Shown here: one piece after another, positions 27,128-40,717 of the stretch
Layout of the letters: each line of letters starts with the position of its first letter
Position numbering within the stretch: the first letter of the stretch is position 1
Assembly (NCBI RefSeq): GCF_009914755.1
Contig: NC_060942.1
From: the human T2T-CHM13v2.0 reference genome, Homo sapiens
Length of the DNA: 64,000 bases
Strand: one strand, 5' to 3'
Made by a program: the position numbers and the translations under genes
The notes under the pieces: generated by a model
Databases searched by the model: none
The model's input: the letters and a program-made list of their open reading frames with translations, nothing else
What the model was told of the DNA's origin: nothing

Positions 27128-27800
27128 TTTTAAAACTGAGGCTATGCATGCATATTTACAGTAAAGTATATTGATCTAAAGAATACCAACTGATAAATTT
27201 TTGTGTATGAATACATCTGTGTGGCTACCACACAAATTAAGATACAGAATAATTTCAGCCCCCCAGGAAGTTCCCACATGCCCTTTCCCAGTCAATACTG
27301 CTCTCCTGTCTGCCAAGTAACCACTCTTGTGACTTTTATCATCACTGATTACTTTTGTCTACTCAAGATCACTTAAATTGAACCATACAGTATGCACTCA
27401 TTTGTTTCTAGCTTTTTTCACTCAAAATAATATCAATTCATCTGTATTTTTGTGTGTCAGGAGTTTGTTCTTTTTACTGCTGTGTAGTATTTTGTTGTAT
27501 GAATACCACAATTTATTCATCCATTCTCCTGTTGATGGACATCTGGATTGTTTCCAGTCATTTGTTATTGAGAGTAAAGCTACTAAGAACATTCTTATAC
27601 ATGTTATGTGTTGTTATGCATGCACTTGTTTCTCTGGTGTATATATCCAGGAGTGAAATTGCTGGGTCATAGGGTAGGCATATATTTGCCATTATCAGAT
27701 ATTGCCAAATGTAGTCCAAAGCAGCCATACTATTTTATATTCCCACCAGTAGTGTCTGAGAATTCCAGTCATTCCACACATCCATTATGGCCAAATCTTA
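27128..27800 (-). mobile_element. L1MD/ME 3' end
   Basis: ccctttcccagtcaata...atttattcatccattctcctgttgatggacatctggattgtttccag...gaaattgctgggtcatagg. Confidence 0.85.
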
Positions 27801-29023
27801 CTCCAACTAACTCCATTTACAGCAAAAGATTTTATGGCTTTTTTGTCCTATGAATTTCAGAATAAGTTTTTCTTTCAAATGTCATCTCTATTCTAAAAGG
27901 AGGACATTATTACACGAACATCTCATTTCATCCACCAAAGAGAAAGAAGTTATTTTTTTCCCACTGCTTCAATTCTACAAAGATCTCTTACTAACAGGCA
28001 TGTACCCATAAAGAAAAATAAACAGAAATATAAATTGGTAAAGTAAAAACCTGACTTACAAAACTCCTGGCTTAGGAAATTGTTTTAATTTGGTACATAT
28101 CACTGAGACCATCCACTTACCTATCTTAGTTAAATAACGCCATTTGGCAAATAGCAATTGTCTCAGAAGATATCATCACTCATATAAGAGCAGACATCTA
28201 GCCAATGTGCCAGAGGAAGGACTAGCAAGTCTGGTTCTCAAACTGCCCTGTAAGACACCCCCATGTGGATTTCGGCATAAGTGGGCTTTTCGTTGTCATT
28301 AGGAGTTTTCCTCCCCCTGGCTGTTCAGAAGTTTCGATGAAATTTTTGTGATGTTTCTAATGAAAGATGGTATTTGCTTACCCACCATTGAAGGTATTTC
28401 CTCGGCAGGAATGCTGTCGAACATGTTGCATTCACAACATGACACAAAGTATAAAAATCACAGAGAGACTAATTACTGGAAGAAAATTACACCAAAAGAC
28501 CTATTTCCTCATGATAAAAATGACAGCCTGGTGCCCCGTTACCTGGCCTTTTCAGGCAACTAGCCTGTGCAACATGGTTCTAGTGCTTTGCATTACAAAC
28601 CATGGTAGAGGAAGGAAGCACTTCGGTCCTGTAAGCAGCTCAGTGAGAAATCAAGGTGAGCTGTCAGTTAAGTGAGGTATAATTATAAGTCTCATTTCCA
28701 GTATTTATGAATGTGACAGACAGTAACCGGGGCTTACAGGCGGCTATACATGGGACCATTGAGTAAGTCCTTCTCTCTTTATACCAACATCTGAATTATC
28801 TTGAAGCTTTGACATTTAGGGCCGACAGCCCAGGCCTGGCCCAGCCAAAACTGTGAAGTGAGGCCCACCCCTCTTTGCTCACTGTGCTTTGTCTGTTCTC
28901 ATCACCCACCTCATACTAAAATGGTCTGTTCCTACCCCCATCAAAAACCTGTTTAAAGAGATAGAAAGTAGTCTTTTTCCTCCTTAAGATCCTAAATCAC
29001 TTCAAATCATTTCTCTTCCAATC

Positions 29024-29316
29024 AAAGGTCACATGTTGTATTATTCCATTTATATGAAATGTCCAGAATAGGAAAATGAACAGAGGCAGAAAGTAGATTA
29101 GTGTTTGCCTGGCACGGGGAGGGTCGAAGGGAAAAAGGGTGACTGCTAATGGGAATGAGGTTTCTCTTTAGATGGTGAAAGTATTCTAAAAAATATTGTG
29201 GTAATGGTCACACACATCTGCAAATATACCAAAAACTACTGGATTGTACATTTAAAGTGGGTAAATTGCATGGCATATGAAGTAAATATCAATAATGCTG
29301 ATTTAAAAAAAAAAAA
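29024..29316 (+). mobile_element. L1MB 3' end
   Basis: attccatttatatgaaatgtccagaatagg...gactgctaatggg...A-tail. Confidence 0.88.
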
Positions 29317-30089
29317 CACTTAAAAAAATCTGTGGGTTTTTTTCCCAATGCAGAAAATTGCAAGCATCCAAGAATAGGTAAGAAATTTGGGAAGTAGAGA
29401 GTGAGCAGGGAAGAACAGAAACCCTTCCTGTTCCCCTGAAATCACCCCATAGGTCAATACTGCTAATTATGTTAGAAGAGGGGAATCCTGCTTGATATTA
29501 ATCAATGCCGTTCATACTTTTTAAAGCCATGACTGTTTTGATCAATATAAATGTCTTATGACTTCTTCTGAGAAATTTGAAAGTCCAAAATAAGTTAAAT
29601 GTTATGATTACAGGTGAGTCAAAGAAATTATAGCACAGTCTCTCAGAGACAATGCTGTACTCTCTTCACTCATTCAGAATCATGAGACAGATTAAGCACT
29701 GAATTACGTTCCTAAAACATGTAACTTTCTCTTTATATCATATTATGTCAGAGCTGGAAGACACTGTAGGATGCTCCCTTTATCTTTAAAGATACTAATC
29801 TGCCAGACGTGCATATGAACTTAGGGTTCAGACTAAACAAGAGGAGGAAAGGGGCCTTGAATATGGTTGGGAAGGGCCAGAGGGAAGAATGGATACTGGC
29901 AGTTGTCAAAGGGAAAGAATAGAAACTACTGGGGATTACTTGCTGGTAGAAGAGCAAATTTGAAAAGAAAGGGGTCTGTAAGTAGAGGCAGAGATTCAAG
30001 CTCGGATACGACCATTCCCTCCGATATTATTCATTGAGAATATATCACTCAAGCACACCCTACCCTTCTGGGAGGACATGGAATTTTAC

Positions 30090-30400
30090 ATTGTCTGTAA
30101 TTGATGGTATTACAAAATTGTTATTTTTATAGGTATGATAATTCCGGTGTAGTTATGCTTTTTAAAAGAGCCTTACCTTTTAGAAATGCATACAAAAATA
30201 TTTATAAATGAGAATACTAAATATATGGGATTTGTTCAAATAAATCCAAATAACTTCCCCTATAAGAAGCAGGAGGGTATATAGGTTAAAGAAGATTGGG
30301 CATGAGCTAATAATTGTGGATTCTGGGTGGTGGGTACAGGGAATCCATTATATCATTCTGTATACTTAGATATATGTTTGAAATTGTCATAATAAAAGAA
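30090..30400 (+). mobile_element. L1MC/ME 3' end
   Basis: aagattgggcatgagctaataattg...gtttgaaattgtcataataaaa. Confidence 0.65.
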
Positions 30401-30409
30401 GTTCTCAAC

Positions 30410-32180
30410 CACATGGAGTATCTGAGACAGGATTTCTTCTCCTGCCTTAGAAAACCAAAAAAAAATAAATATATGAAACAATTCTTTTCAGACATTGAGT
30501 AACAAGCAGTGTATGGAGAAAAATGAAGTGAGCCCTACAATTGCCCCAGCTCATTGCCGGGAGACAGTGTCCATGTGGTAGTACAGAAAGGAGGAACCCA
30601 AATGAAGCTCAGCATTCTCACTACAAGGTGGAGACAAAGATTGGAGCTGAGGGAGGCCAAGGTCTGTAGAATGTACAGGATAGAGTACTGCAGAAGAGAG
30701 AGCCACACAGAGAGCGACAGCATGCTCCAGAAATCTGAAAAGCTGTCCCTTGGCTGCGCATGCATGAGGGGAAACTATAGAAGGTCAGTGAAAGAAACAC
30801 TGGAAAGCAGTAGGTTGAAGAACTCCTGAAGCTCACATGGGGCTTGGTATTATTTGTGCTTCCAGCAACCAGACTGTGGAATACACAAAACATAAGGTAG
30901 AGTGTTCAGAAAGATTTTGCCTTAGTAAGGAAGCTAAATTGATCCTAAACTAAAGGCAGATTCAAATCTAACCAGTCCTTGAAAGGATCAGATGGATTTT
31001 AAGTATTCCCTTTAGGACTAGTGTTCCATTATTGGAATGCTAAGCATGTGGGAATTATTTACATTCTACTGCTCAAGGTCATCACCAAGGTTTGATTGTA
31101 AAAATTCAAAAAATTGCAATCTCAGGCATAAATGGGTTAACTAGGTGCCACAATAAATCCAACACGTTTTTTAAAAATACAACAAAACCCAGGATCCAGC
31201 AAAGTAAAACTCACAATGTCCATCACCTAATCAAAAATTACCAGAGATGTAAGGAAGCAGGAAAATATGACCATATCCAGGAGAAAAGTCAGTCGCTAGT
31301 AACAGAGCAAGAAATGACAGAGATGATGTAATCAAGGGACAAACATGTTAAAATAGGTATTGTAAGTATGCTCCAAATGTTTAGGAAGGTAGAAGAAAAT
31401 ATGAATAGAATGAGGAGAGAAATAGAAGGTGTAAAAAGAATCAAAGGAACTTCTTGAGATGAAAGCTAAGTATCTGAAAATTTTAAATAATACACTAGAT
31501 TGGAAAATTACTGAAGAAATTATCAGTAAACTGGAGATATAACAAGAGAAACTATCCAAAATGAAGCACAGAGGGGGAAAAAAGACTGAAAAAAACTGAA
31601 CAGCGTATCATTGACCTGTGGGAAAATTTCAAACGGTCCAACGGAGTTCCAGAAAAAAAGAGGGTGAAAGATAAAAAATATTTAAAGAAATAATGGCACA
31701 AATTTTTCCAAATTTGATATAAACAATAAACTCACAAATCCAAGAAGCTCAACAAACCCCAAGGAGAGTGAACATGAAGAAAACCACACCAAAATCTCAC
31801 CAAAATAAATTGCAGAAATCCAGGGGTAAAAAGAAAATCTTAAAAGAAGCCAAATTAAAAAGACACATTACATACACAGGAATAAAAATAAGAGTTACAG
31901 CAGATTCCCGCCAAAATCCATGCCAGCCAGAAGGCAATCTAGCAACATATTTAAAATACTATACTGAAAGAAAAAAAAAACCTGTCAATACCCCAAAAAT
32001 ATATTTCAAAAATGAAGGTGAAATGAAGGCTTTTTCAGACTAACCAAAACTGAGAGAATTTATCACAAGCATCCCTGCCTTACATGAATTTTAAAGAAAG
32101 TTCTTTAGGCAGAAGAAAAATGATACCAGATAAATACCAGATGGAAATTTGGATCCATGCAAATAAACAAAAAGCGCCAC
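30410..32180 (+). mobile_element. Old L1M 5' UTR plus decayed ORF1
   Basis: ORF1-like peptide KKILKEAK...TYTGIKIRVTAD...PKIYFKNEGEMKAFSD at 31768-32043; caaatccaagaagctcaacaaacccc. Confidence 0.85.
31008..31136 (+). mobile_element. MER85 (piggyBac/PGBD3 MITE)
   Basis: ctagtgttccattattggaatgctaagcatgtggga...ctactgctcaaggtcatc...aaaaattcaaaaaattgcaa; intact 3' TIR aggcataaatggg plus TTAA. Confidence 0.92.
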
Positions 32181-33409
32181 AAGTGCTGTTGTTATTCCCC
32201 CCTCAGATTCACTCCTTCCTCTTTGTCTCTGATACCTACTCCCTCTATCTGCAAGGCCACTCCTCCCTCCGTGAAACTCCTGCTCATGATCTCGAAATGG
32301 CTTAAATGATAGTTTCTCAGCAAAGCCTCCCTTACGTTGGTGACAGGACTCCCTCTTACTTATCACTGGGAGTAGCACAATCACTGTTGAATGAATTAAG
32401 TTTGGATGGATGGGATCCTGAATGGAACATGTGCAAGAGCAAGTCTCTGTCCATAGTCACTCTTCATTCATTTCTTCACTCACCCATGTAATATTTTATG
32501 CAATGACCTATAATTCATCAAGAAAAGAGAAAGATGATCTGTATTCCACACATGAAGAACAACCTGGCATTTTCAGCAATTCTCCAGTGATACAAACCAT
32601 AAACTCATTGAGTGCATACTTTGTACTATTTAACACAGAACTGCACAGCAATGAGGCTCACTGAGAAGTGGATGAGGTTAATGGAGAAAATGGAGTCAAA
32701 GTAAGTAAAAATCTGCTCCTTTGTTATAGTCAAGTTGAATAAAACACATATGTTTTCATATGAAGTTGAATGCTCTCTTTTAACTCTCTATTTTATCTAC
32801 AATTGTGGGTTTAGTTTGTATCCAGGTTAAAGCTTTAACCCACTATTTTATTCCTTTATTTTAAAATAACAGAAATATTATGAGGTTAAAAAAAGCATGA
32901 AGTTCAAATCATATCTCTACACTATTTATAAACTTGCTTCTCATTTCCTTTGCTCTATTTTTCGCTTAAAATATTTGTCCAAGTAATTAACACCCTATTT
33001 ATTTAAATATGAAATGACTACATTTACTTTTGGCCAGTTCATGAGAATCTCAGAAATAAAATACTAGGCAAAAATTGCTAGTTAACATTTAAAAGAATTT
33101 TAATTTCCATGTTTAAAAAATGGAGATTATAACCTACTTAAGAGTTTGCTAGTAGTTATTGGAAATAGCTTTTTCTATTTTTTTTAGAAAGAATTTCTTA
33201 CATACAACCCCTATCTATTCTAAGTCAGTTTCTTTTTGAAAGCAGAAAGCCAATCTTTATTTTTAAATCTTTTTCTCTTTATACATTAAGCAGTATTGCT
33301 GTCACATACAAATATTCAAATGAAATGCTTTGCTATTTTTAATAGCTTTCAGATTATTAACTATTTTAATAATAACGTATTTGGTTTGTAGCAATGAAAG
33401 CTTCAATGG

Positions 33410-33545
33410 GGCAGGAACTTTTGTCTGCTTTTATTGTTCTTGTTATTGTTGACTACTGAATCCCTAGAGCCTACACAAGGATTTGGCACAGAGTGAAAGT
33501 TCCATAAAAGCTGGAGGAATGAATGAATGAATGAATGAATGAATG
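33410..33545 (+). mobile_element. L2 3' end with (GAAT)n
   Basis: actgaatccctagagcctac...tggcacagagt...gaatgaatgaat. Confidence 0.8.
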
Positions 33546-34100
33546 GTGTCCAGCCTGTGGCAGCCACAGAATCTTTCCTGGGGCCCCTGTTGGGCCACCA
33601 GCCTTTGGAGTTGTGCTTGGAAGCAATCTCTGGCCATCTGTTCTCCCTCATTCTGTCCACCTGATCTTTCTGTGTACAATATGTTAATTTATTTGATGAT
33701 ATTATCTATCTTTGTGTAATCATTTACAAATAAACCCCAAAGGTTTCTGAGGGGGGAAAATATTGCAGTCTCTCACATATTGCTAAGAGACTTCACATAC
33801 TCATTGGGCGCTCATATTTCCCCACGACTTTCAAAACAGTCACATTTCACACCACCGTTGATTCTGCACTCAAATCCCATCCCAGGTTTGGGGTACTGCT
33901 TCTGGTTTGTTCTTGGAGGGCTTACCTTGAGAGTAACCCACAGCCAGATGACGGTCCAAACTGAAGCTTCCCAGGCCAAACCTGAACCCAGTCTAAACTC
34001 TAGAAATGCAGGCTGGGGGTATCTAGCTAACCAAATCCAGTGCTTTTTTGTAAAATCTGGGTGGCTCACTGATCTGCCAGGATCAGAGAAGTTCCACAGA

Positions 34101-34121
34101 CAGGGAAATTTCCCTGAGTCA
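34101..34121. promoter_or_regulatory. Palindromic NF-kB site abutting AP-1 site
   Basis: GGGAAATTTCCC (34103-34114) inside the perfect 16-bp palindrome CAGGGAAATTTCCCTG; TGAGTCA at 34115-34121. Motif only. Confidence 0.45.
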
Positions 34122-34758
34122 GGATAAATGCCTCATAACCTCAAAATACACTAATCTCAATCCCAAATTCTCTCATGCAGGACCTTGCTAGACATTGAAC
34201 CACAATGAGACTTGTCAGAGACTCTCTACGGGAAACGGCCACAGGATTTCTCACATTGTGGCTTACATCTGTAAGCATCGAGAAACCCTGAACATAGAAA
34301 GGATGTGTGAATAGCCTATTACGACAAGAATCTAGAAGACACAAATGGGTAGGAGTGAAGCAGTGTCTTCTTAAATGTCTGTAAGACAGAATACCAACAT
34401 TGTTTGAAACACTTTTCAAAGCTGCCTTTGATGTCACTTCACTAAATGGTTGTTCCAAACACTGTTCATGTTTTTAGTGTGATCATGCAACAAAAAATAA
34501 ACTCATTTCAACAAGGCTATTTGGTTCAGGGGAGTCAAAGAGCTCTGGTCAAAGAAGATCCCTTTGGCTGTGGTTGCTAAAATTCAGCCGTTTTATCGGA
34601 AAATATTTCCAAACTGTAAATAAAATAAACTTTTGAATAAGACACTTAAAGCCTCTATACTTTTAAAAAGTATCCTCCCATCTTTTAAATGCATTGCTCA
34701 GAGGAAATGTGAACATGCATCTTTTAGGGTTTTCAAAGCATTGGCCAGAGCCCCGTAG

Positions 34759-35348
<590 letters not shown>

Positions 35349-37232
35349 TGAATGCCGTATTTTTATAAACTTCCCTTAAAAGACAAAAAACTGGGTGTTA
35401 TATATTCATATAGTGTGTATTTCACATTATACATTTAGCTGAAATCTACAGTGAATTTCAGCTAAATGAATATAAGGTGAAAGTCACAGGAAGTTGTCAA
35501 AAATAATGACTATTATTTTATTCCAAAATTTACTTGCCTAAATGCTTAAAAAATATGCCTTTTTAATGATAAAATTCCCACAAAAAAGTGCATAGCATGA
35601 GAGTCTAAATCCACTTTCCAGACTTGCTTCCCCTGTAATATCTGTAATAGAACAATCCTGAATTAGCTGCTACTTTCCATAATTCTTGTCAGCAAAATCT
35701 ATCAGTAGTTCTAACTCTGATTATACATGCTGGTAATGTAATTAAATGTGTTTTAAGCCTATCTCTGATGTCACAGTTTCAAATATAGCCACATAAATTT
35801 TAGCTATGAGTATTTCATACATAATTTATATATACAAATGTGTTTGCATGTGTACCTGGATTAAGTATAATAAATGTAAATTATATAATTTATATCTATA
35901 TATGTTTAACTGTGTTTAGTTTCAATCAGACAATGGTTTGATATATATTTTTAATGAGGGAAAATCCTACTGCAATATTAAGATTTTGTGTTTTGCAGAC
36001 TTCATTTCTTAGTATTTTTTTAATTAAAAAGACAAATACATTTCAATGTTCTTTTTAGTAAATGTTATGCTTCCTTTTCCAAAACAACCTTAAGTTTATA
36101 AATAAGAGTTAATGAATCCAAGAACCATGTTATTTCATGAGCTTGTGAACAAACAATTTAAAGTCAAACTAGAATTCTTTCCAAGTTGGATTTTCACATG
36201 ATACAGTTTATAAACAAGTTTTGTGGGGTAGAGAGGCTGGTTTTGTCTTGTTTTGTTTTTCTTTATTTTTAAAAACAAAATTCAAATCCTGCCTTTGTAA
36301 TGACTTAACTAACTGGATTTCTAACCCATCCCATAAATGGATGTGTGCTAAACTTGGGGGTTGCTCATGCCACCGAATCCTCACCCTGCACTTGTTTGGC
36401 TGTCTGAGAGCATTCTAGACGGGCACATAAAGGGTTTCCAGCGTCACATGATGCTCCCTTCATTGAAGAAGAAGGGAGCCTGCATGGCATCCACTCCGGA
36501 CACCTCCATCAGAAATTGAGCCTGAGAGAAGTCACACTAACCTTGGACTCCACCACGCTGTAAATTGTCTCTTTTGTGATTGTGACAGACACTCCCCCAG
36601 ATTCTCTCTTCCATACGATCACTTTATCCTTTCTTTCTCTGCTGCCAAACAGAGTGGAGTTCCCGGAGTTTTGACACCTTGTAAAGACATTCCAGTGGAT
36701 TCTAGCACACCCAAACAGATGGTGTGAAAGGAATACAGGGGAAGAAAATGGAGACCTCTGCCAGATTCTCATGTATTCTAGGTAACATGGTGTTCCAGGA
36801 GAAGAAAAAATATATAAAAAGGAACTGATATCATTGTTACTGCCTGCTTTCTGAGCCAAGCCACCATGCTTCTGCCAAAGATAACAACGTCTTTAAGATA
36901 GCTACAAAAACTCCTAACATTATGTGAGGTAAAAGAGCTAGACCTATGAGGGGATATAAAACAATAATCTTTATTATTGTTATACTGTGTTACACTGACA
37001 TTTACATAAAACAGAATTTTTTTATTTTAACAAGGAATGACATCCAGATCAAAATAACATCTCTACTTCTTTTCCTTGTCCAGTGTGTTGGAAATCTCTG
37101 CTTAGCTTCCTCTCTGTAGCTAGCACAGACTTCCACAGATGAAGGCTAGAAACATGGGAACTAAGTATGTGAAATAAACATTAAAGAGAAATTAAATGTT
37201 TTTCTTCCCAGATACAACCAAATGTTTAAAAC

Positions 37233-37259
<27 letters not shown>

Positions 37260-37263
<4 letters not shown>

Positions 37264-37930
37264 GATAAGCACATGAAAAGACATTTAATGTCATTAGATG
37301 TTAGAGAAATGCAAATTAAATCTGCAGTTCCATAGCGCTACACACCTCTCAGAATGTCTAAAATAGAAAATGTGATAACACCAAATGCTGGCGAAGATAT
37401 GAAGAAACTGGACCTCTCTTACATGGCCAGCGGGATGTAAAATGGAAACGGTTTAAAACTTTGGAAAACAGTTTGGCAGTTTCTTTGAAAACTAATCATG
37501 TAACATGTATACAAAGCAGCAATTATGCTCCTAGGCATTTATCCCAGGGAAATTAAAGCTTATGTTCAGATAAAAATCTGTACACAAATGTTTATAGCAG
37601 CTTTATTAATAATAACCAAATCCTGGAAACAACCAGATGTCTGGTCAATGGGAGGTGCAAACTGTAGTTAAACAAACCATAGTATGTCCACACCATGGCA
37701 GGGAAGTTGGTGTGGCTATAAAAAGGCAACAGGAGGAATCCTCCTGGTAATGGATGTGTCCTGAATCTTGACTGTATCAATGTCAATATCCTGGCTGTGA
37801 TATTGTACCATAGTTTCGCAAGATGTTACCATTGGGGGAGACTGGTTAAAGGGTATATCAAATCTCCCTGTATTACTTCTTACAACTGCATATGAATCTA
37901 TAAGTATCTCAAAATTAAGTTTAATTCAAA
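37260..37930 (+). mobile_element. L1MC1/2 3' region, preceded by (TA)n
   Basis: ttgactgtatcaatgtcaatatcctggctgtgatattgtacca...gatgttaccattggggg. Confidence 0.88.
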
Positions 37931-37984
37931 TGTAACTTCTGTTAAAATTTAGATTTTTTAAATCTATGCCAAGATGCTGTTACG

Positions 37985-38284
37985 CCTATGGACTGAATTG
38001 TGTCCCTCCAAAATTGATATGTTGAAGCCCTAACTCTCGATGAGACTGTATCCAGAGATAGGGTCTTTAGGATGTAATTCAAGTTAAATGAGGTTATAAA
38101 GAGGCAGCTTTAATCCAATAGGATGGTGTCCTTGTTGCCAGAGGGAGAGCCCTCACCAAAAACCAACCGCACTGGACTTTGATCTGGTACTTTTAGTTCT
38201 ACAACTGTGAGAAAACAAATTTCTGTTGTTTAAGCCACCCAGTCTGTGGTATTTTGTTATGGTAGCCCAAGCTAAAACAGACAC
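37985..38284 (+). mobile_element. MLT1A/B LTR, internally deleted
   Basis: tatggactgaattgtgtccctccaaaatt...ttctgttgtttaagccacccagtctgtggtattttgttatgg. Confidence 0.88.
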
Positions 38285-40329
38285 AAAGGAAAACATGGAT
38301 ATTTTGAAAAGATAAATTTGAAGACCGTAGTGATCCAAACAGGTTTTTTTTAAGCATTCACATTAAAATAAATTATGGAGTGTGTGGGGGGGTGGGGGGG
38401 GCGGGTTGTTTGTGTGTGTACACACATATATATTACATATAGACTATTTAAATTCAATGAAGAAAGTAGCTGCGTCTTGCCATGTCTTCATCAACCTACT
38501 CAAAAGCTCTAGATCAGAAAAAGGAAATTATGGGTGCTCTATCAAGGACATTATAATGAAAAGATGATACAGATAGCATTAAAGCAGTGATATGCAACCG
38601 AGCTGTGCGAAGACGCAATTATTTAAGTGCCATTCCCTGGTCATAAATGTGACTTTTCTAGGGGTTTTTCACTCTCTCATCCAATGTCCCTTGGGTACGG
38701 AGACATAAATTATTGCATGGCTAACCAAAATCAAGTTATGGAATATAATTTAGAGCTGGTATATGATCCACATAGATATAAAACCCATGCCCTTCACCTG
38801 ATTGCCTTTCTGCTTGTCAGACATGCACATTTCATATTGAGAGACTTGAAAGACATATGATGAACCACATTCTTGCAAGTCCTTTGGTTCTTGAAATCCT
38901 CATGCAGATACTCATGCCCATATCCAATTTGCTACTCCTCACCTTTTCCCCAACTCTGGCTCTTCTTGATCTGCCCCTTTCCTTCTCCTATGTTCTTTTC
39001 CTCAGCTTCTCGCTAACCCCAAAGTTCTCTACTGACTCGTTCTCATCCCTCATCTTCTATACACAGGTGCTGCCTCCTATCCCACTCAATTGCCCCTGCT
39101 CCACCATGTTTTCTCTTCCTTGTATTTGTATCTCCTTACTCCATCGTTACATAATCCAGATCTCAGCCATACACAGGCTTAGTTAGAGAGGAAATTAACT
39201 GTTTCTTAAATAAACTCTACAAAATTTCATTAACGAGACTGTTTTTTTTTCTTTTGAATGACACATGACATTCCCCTCAATTCTCTAGAACACTTTTTAC
39301 TCTGGGACTTTGGCCCAGAAAGGGTGGATGGGGACACACATCCAACAGCCTCCTGCCTTACATCTGTCTCCCTTCTCCTTTCTAAGCATCCCTCTACCTC
39401 TTTTTGTCTTGCTTAGACCTCTCTTATGTAAAACTTCATGGTTTTAAGCCTCTAACATAAGCATTATACCATACATTTTGGTTAGAAATACACAATACAC
39501 ACACACACACACACACACACACAACAGCAGCTGCAGCAAACTTATTTTCAGATAAAATCAATCAGTGATGATCATCTTGCACTACGACTGCTCCAAATTT
39601 CTGCCCCAACACACATTCCACGTATTCTAGGGTATGAAAAACCTATAGAACTTGGGGAGGTAGGGTGTGTCATGTAGGAGCCACAGTCAAATCAGTCACA
39701 CCATTTCCACTAGAAAAAGCCACTCCTGTGTGATTACTCCCCTAACCATCAGCTTCAGGCCTTTGGCCTAGTCTTCAGTGGACAGAACCAAGCCAAAGGA
39801 AAGGAAAAATAATAATCTGGCATTTAGCACAACCTCTTTGGCACTGCAATGCCCACTACATCACCGATTTTATGTATTTATTTTCTGTTTCTCATTCAAA
39901 TCCATTTTATAGCCTTCATGACAAAACACTCCAAACCAGATTCTTTTAGGAAACAAAATGACTGATAAATCATTGAAAACATTAAAATTAGAAAACTAGA
40001 CCACCTCTGCAACTAAACAATTTGTGTTTTTCACCCTGAGTCACTTTACCTGGAAAAGTAACTTGCACTATTCACCTGAGGTCAAAGAAAAGCGATGCAT
40101 TCATGACTTACAGGATGCATAGTAAAGTTGAAAATCAATGACAAAATCTTTCCAGCCCTGGGCTCTCCTAAAAAGAAAATCAGTCCCTGAGTGCTTAGAC
40201 CACAGGCAGCCCTCACTAGTCAACTGTGAAATATGTTTTCTGTGTGGTTCTGAGAACCCAGTGTAGGAGCAATAGACTACTAGACAAGAGAGGTACTGAT
40301 AAAATATCTCAACAATAAGAAATGATGTT

Positions 40330-40632
40330 GGCCGGGCATAGCGGCTCATGCCTGTAGTCCTAGCCCTTTGGGAGGCTGATGCAGGAGGACTGCTTTAGTC
40401 CAGGAGTTGAAGACCAGCCTGGGCAACATAGTGAGACCCTGTCTCTACAAAAAATTTTAAAACTAGCTAGGCATGGTGGTGCACTCCTTTATTCCCTGCA
40501 CTTAGGAAGCAGAAGTGGGAGGATGGCTCATTTGTGGCCAGGAAGTTGAGGTGGCAGTGAACCAGGATCACACCACTGCACTCCAGCCTGGGCATCAAAG
40601 AGAGACCCTGCCAAAAAAAAAAAAAAAAAAAA
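40330..40632 (+). mobile_element. AluJ
   Basis: cctgggcaacatagtgagaccctgtctctacaaaa; A-tail. Confidence 0.93.
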
Positions 40633-40717
40633 GAAAGTTGATGGTTGATGTCAGGATTTACAATTGCATGTGGGAAATCTAAGAAATTTGTTTGCCTATA
40701 AATGCCTAAAGGTTAAT

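Noticed and set aside
28419-28444. p53-like dimer site gaacatgttg-N6-caacatgaca
   Set aside because: Four mismatches and a 6-bp spacer; too weak without data.
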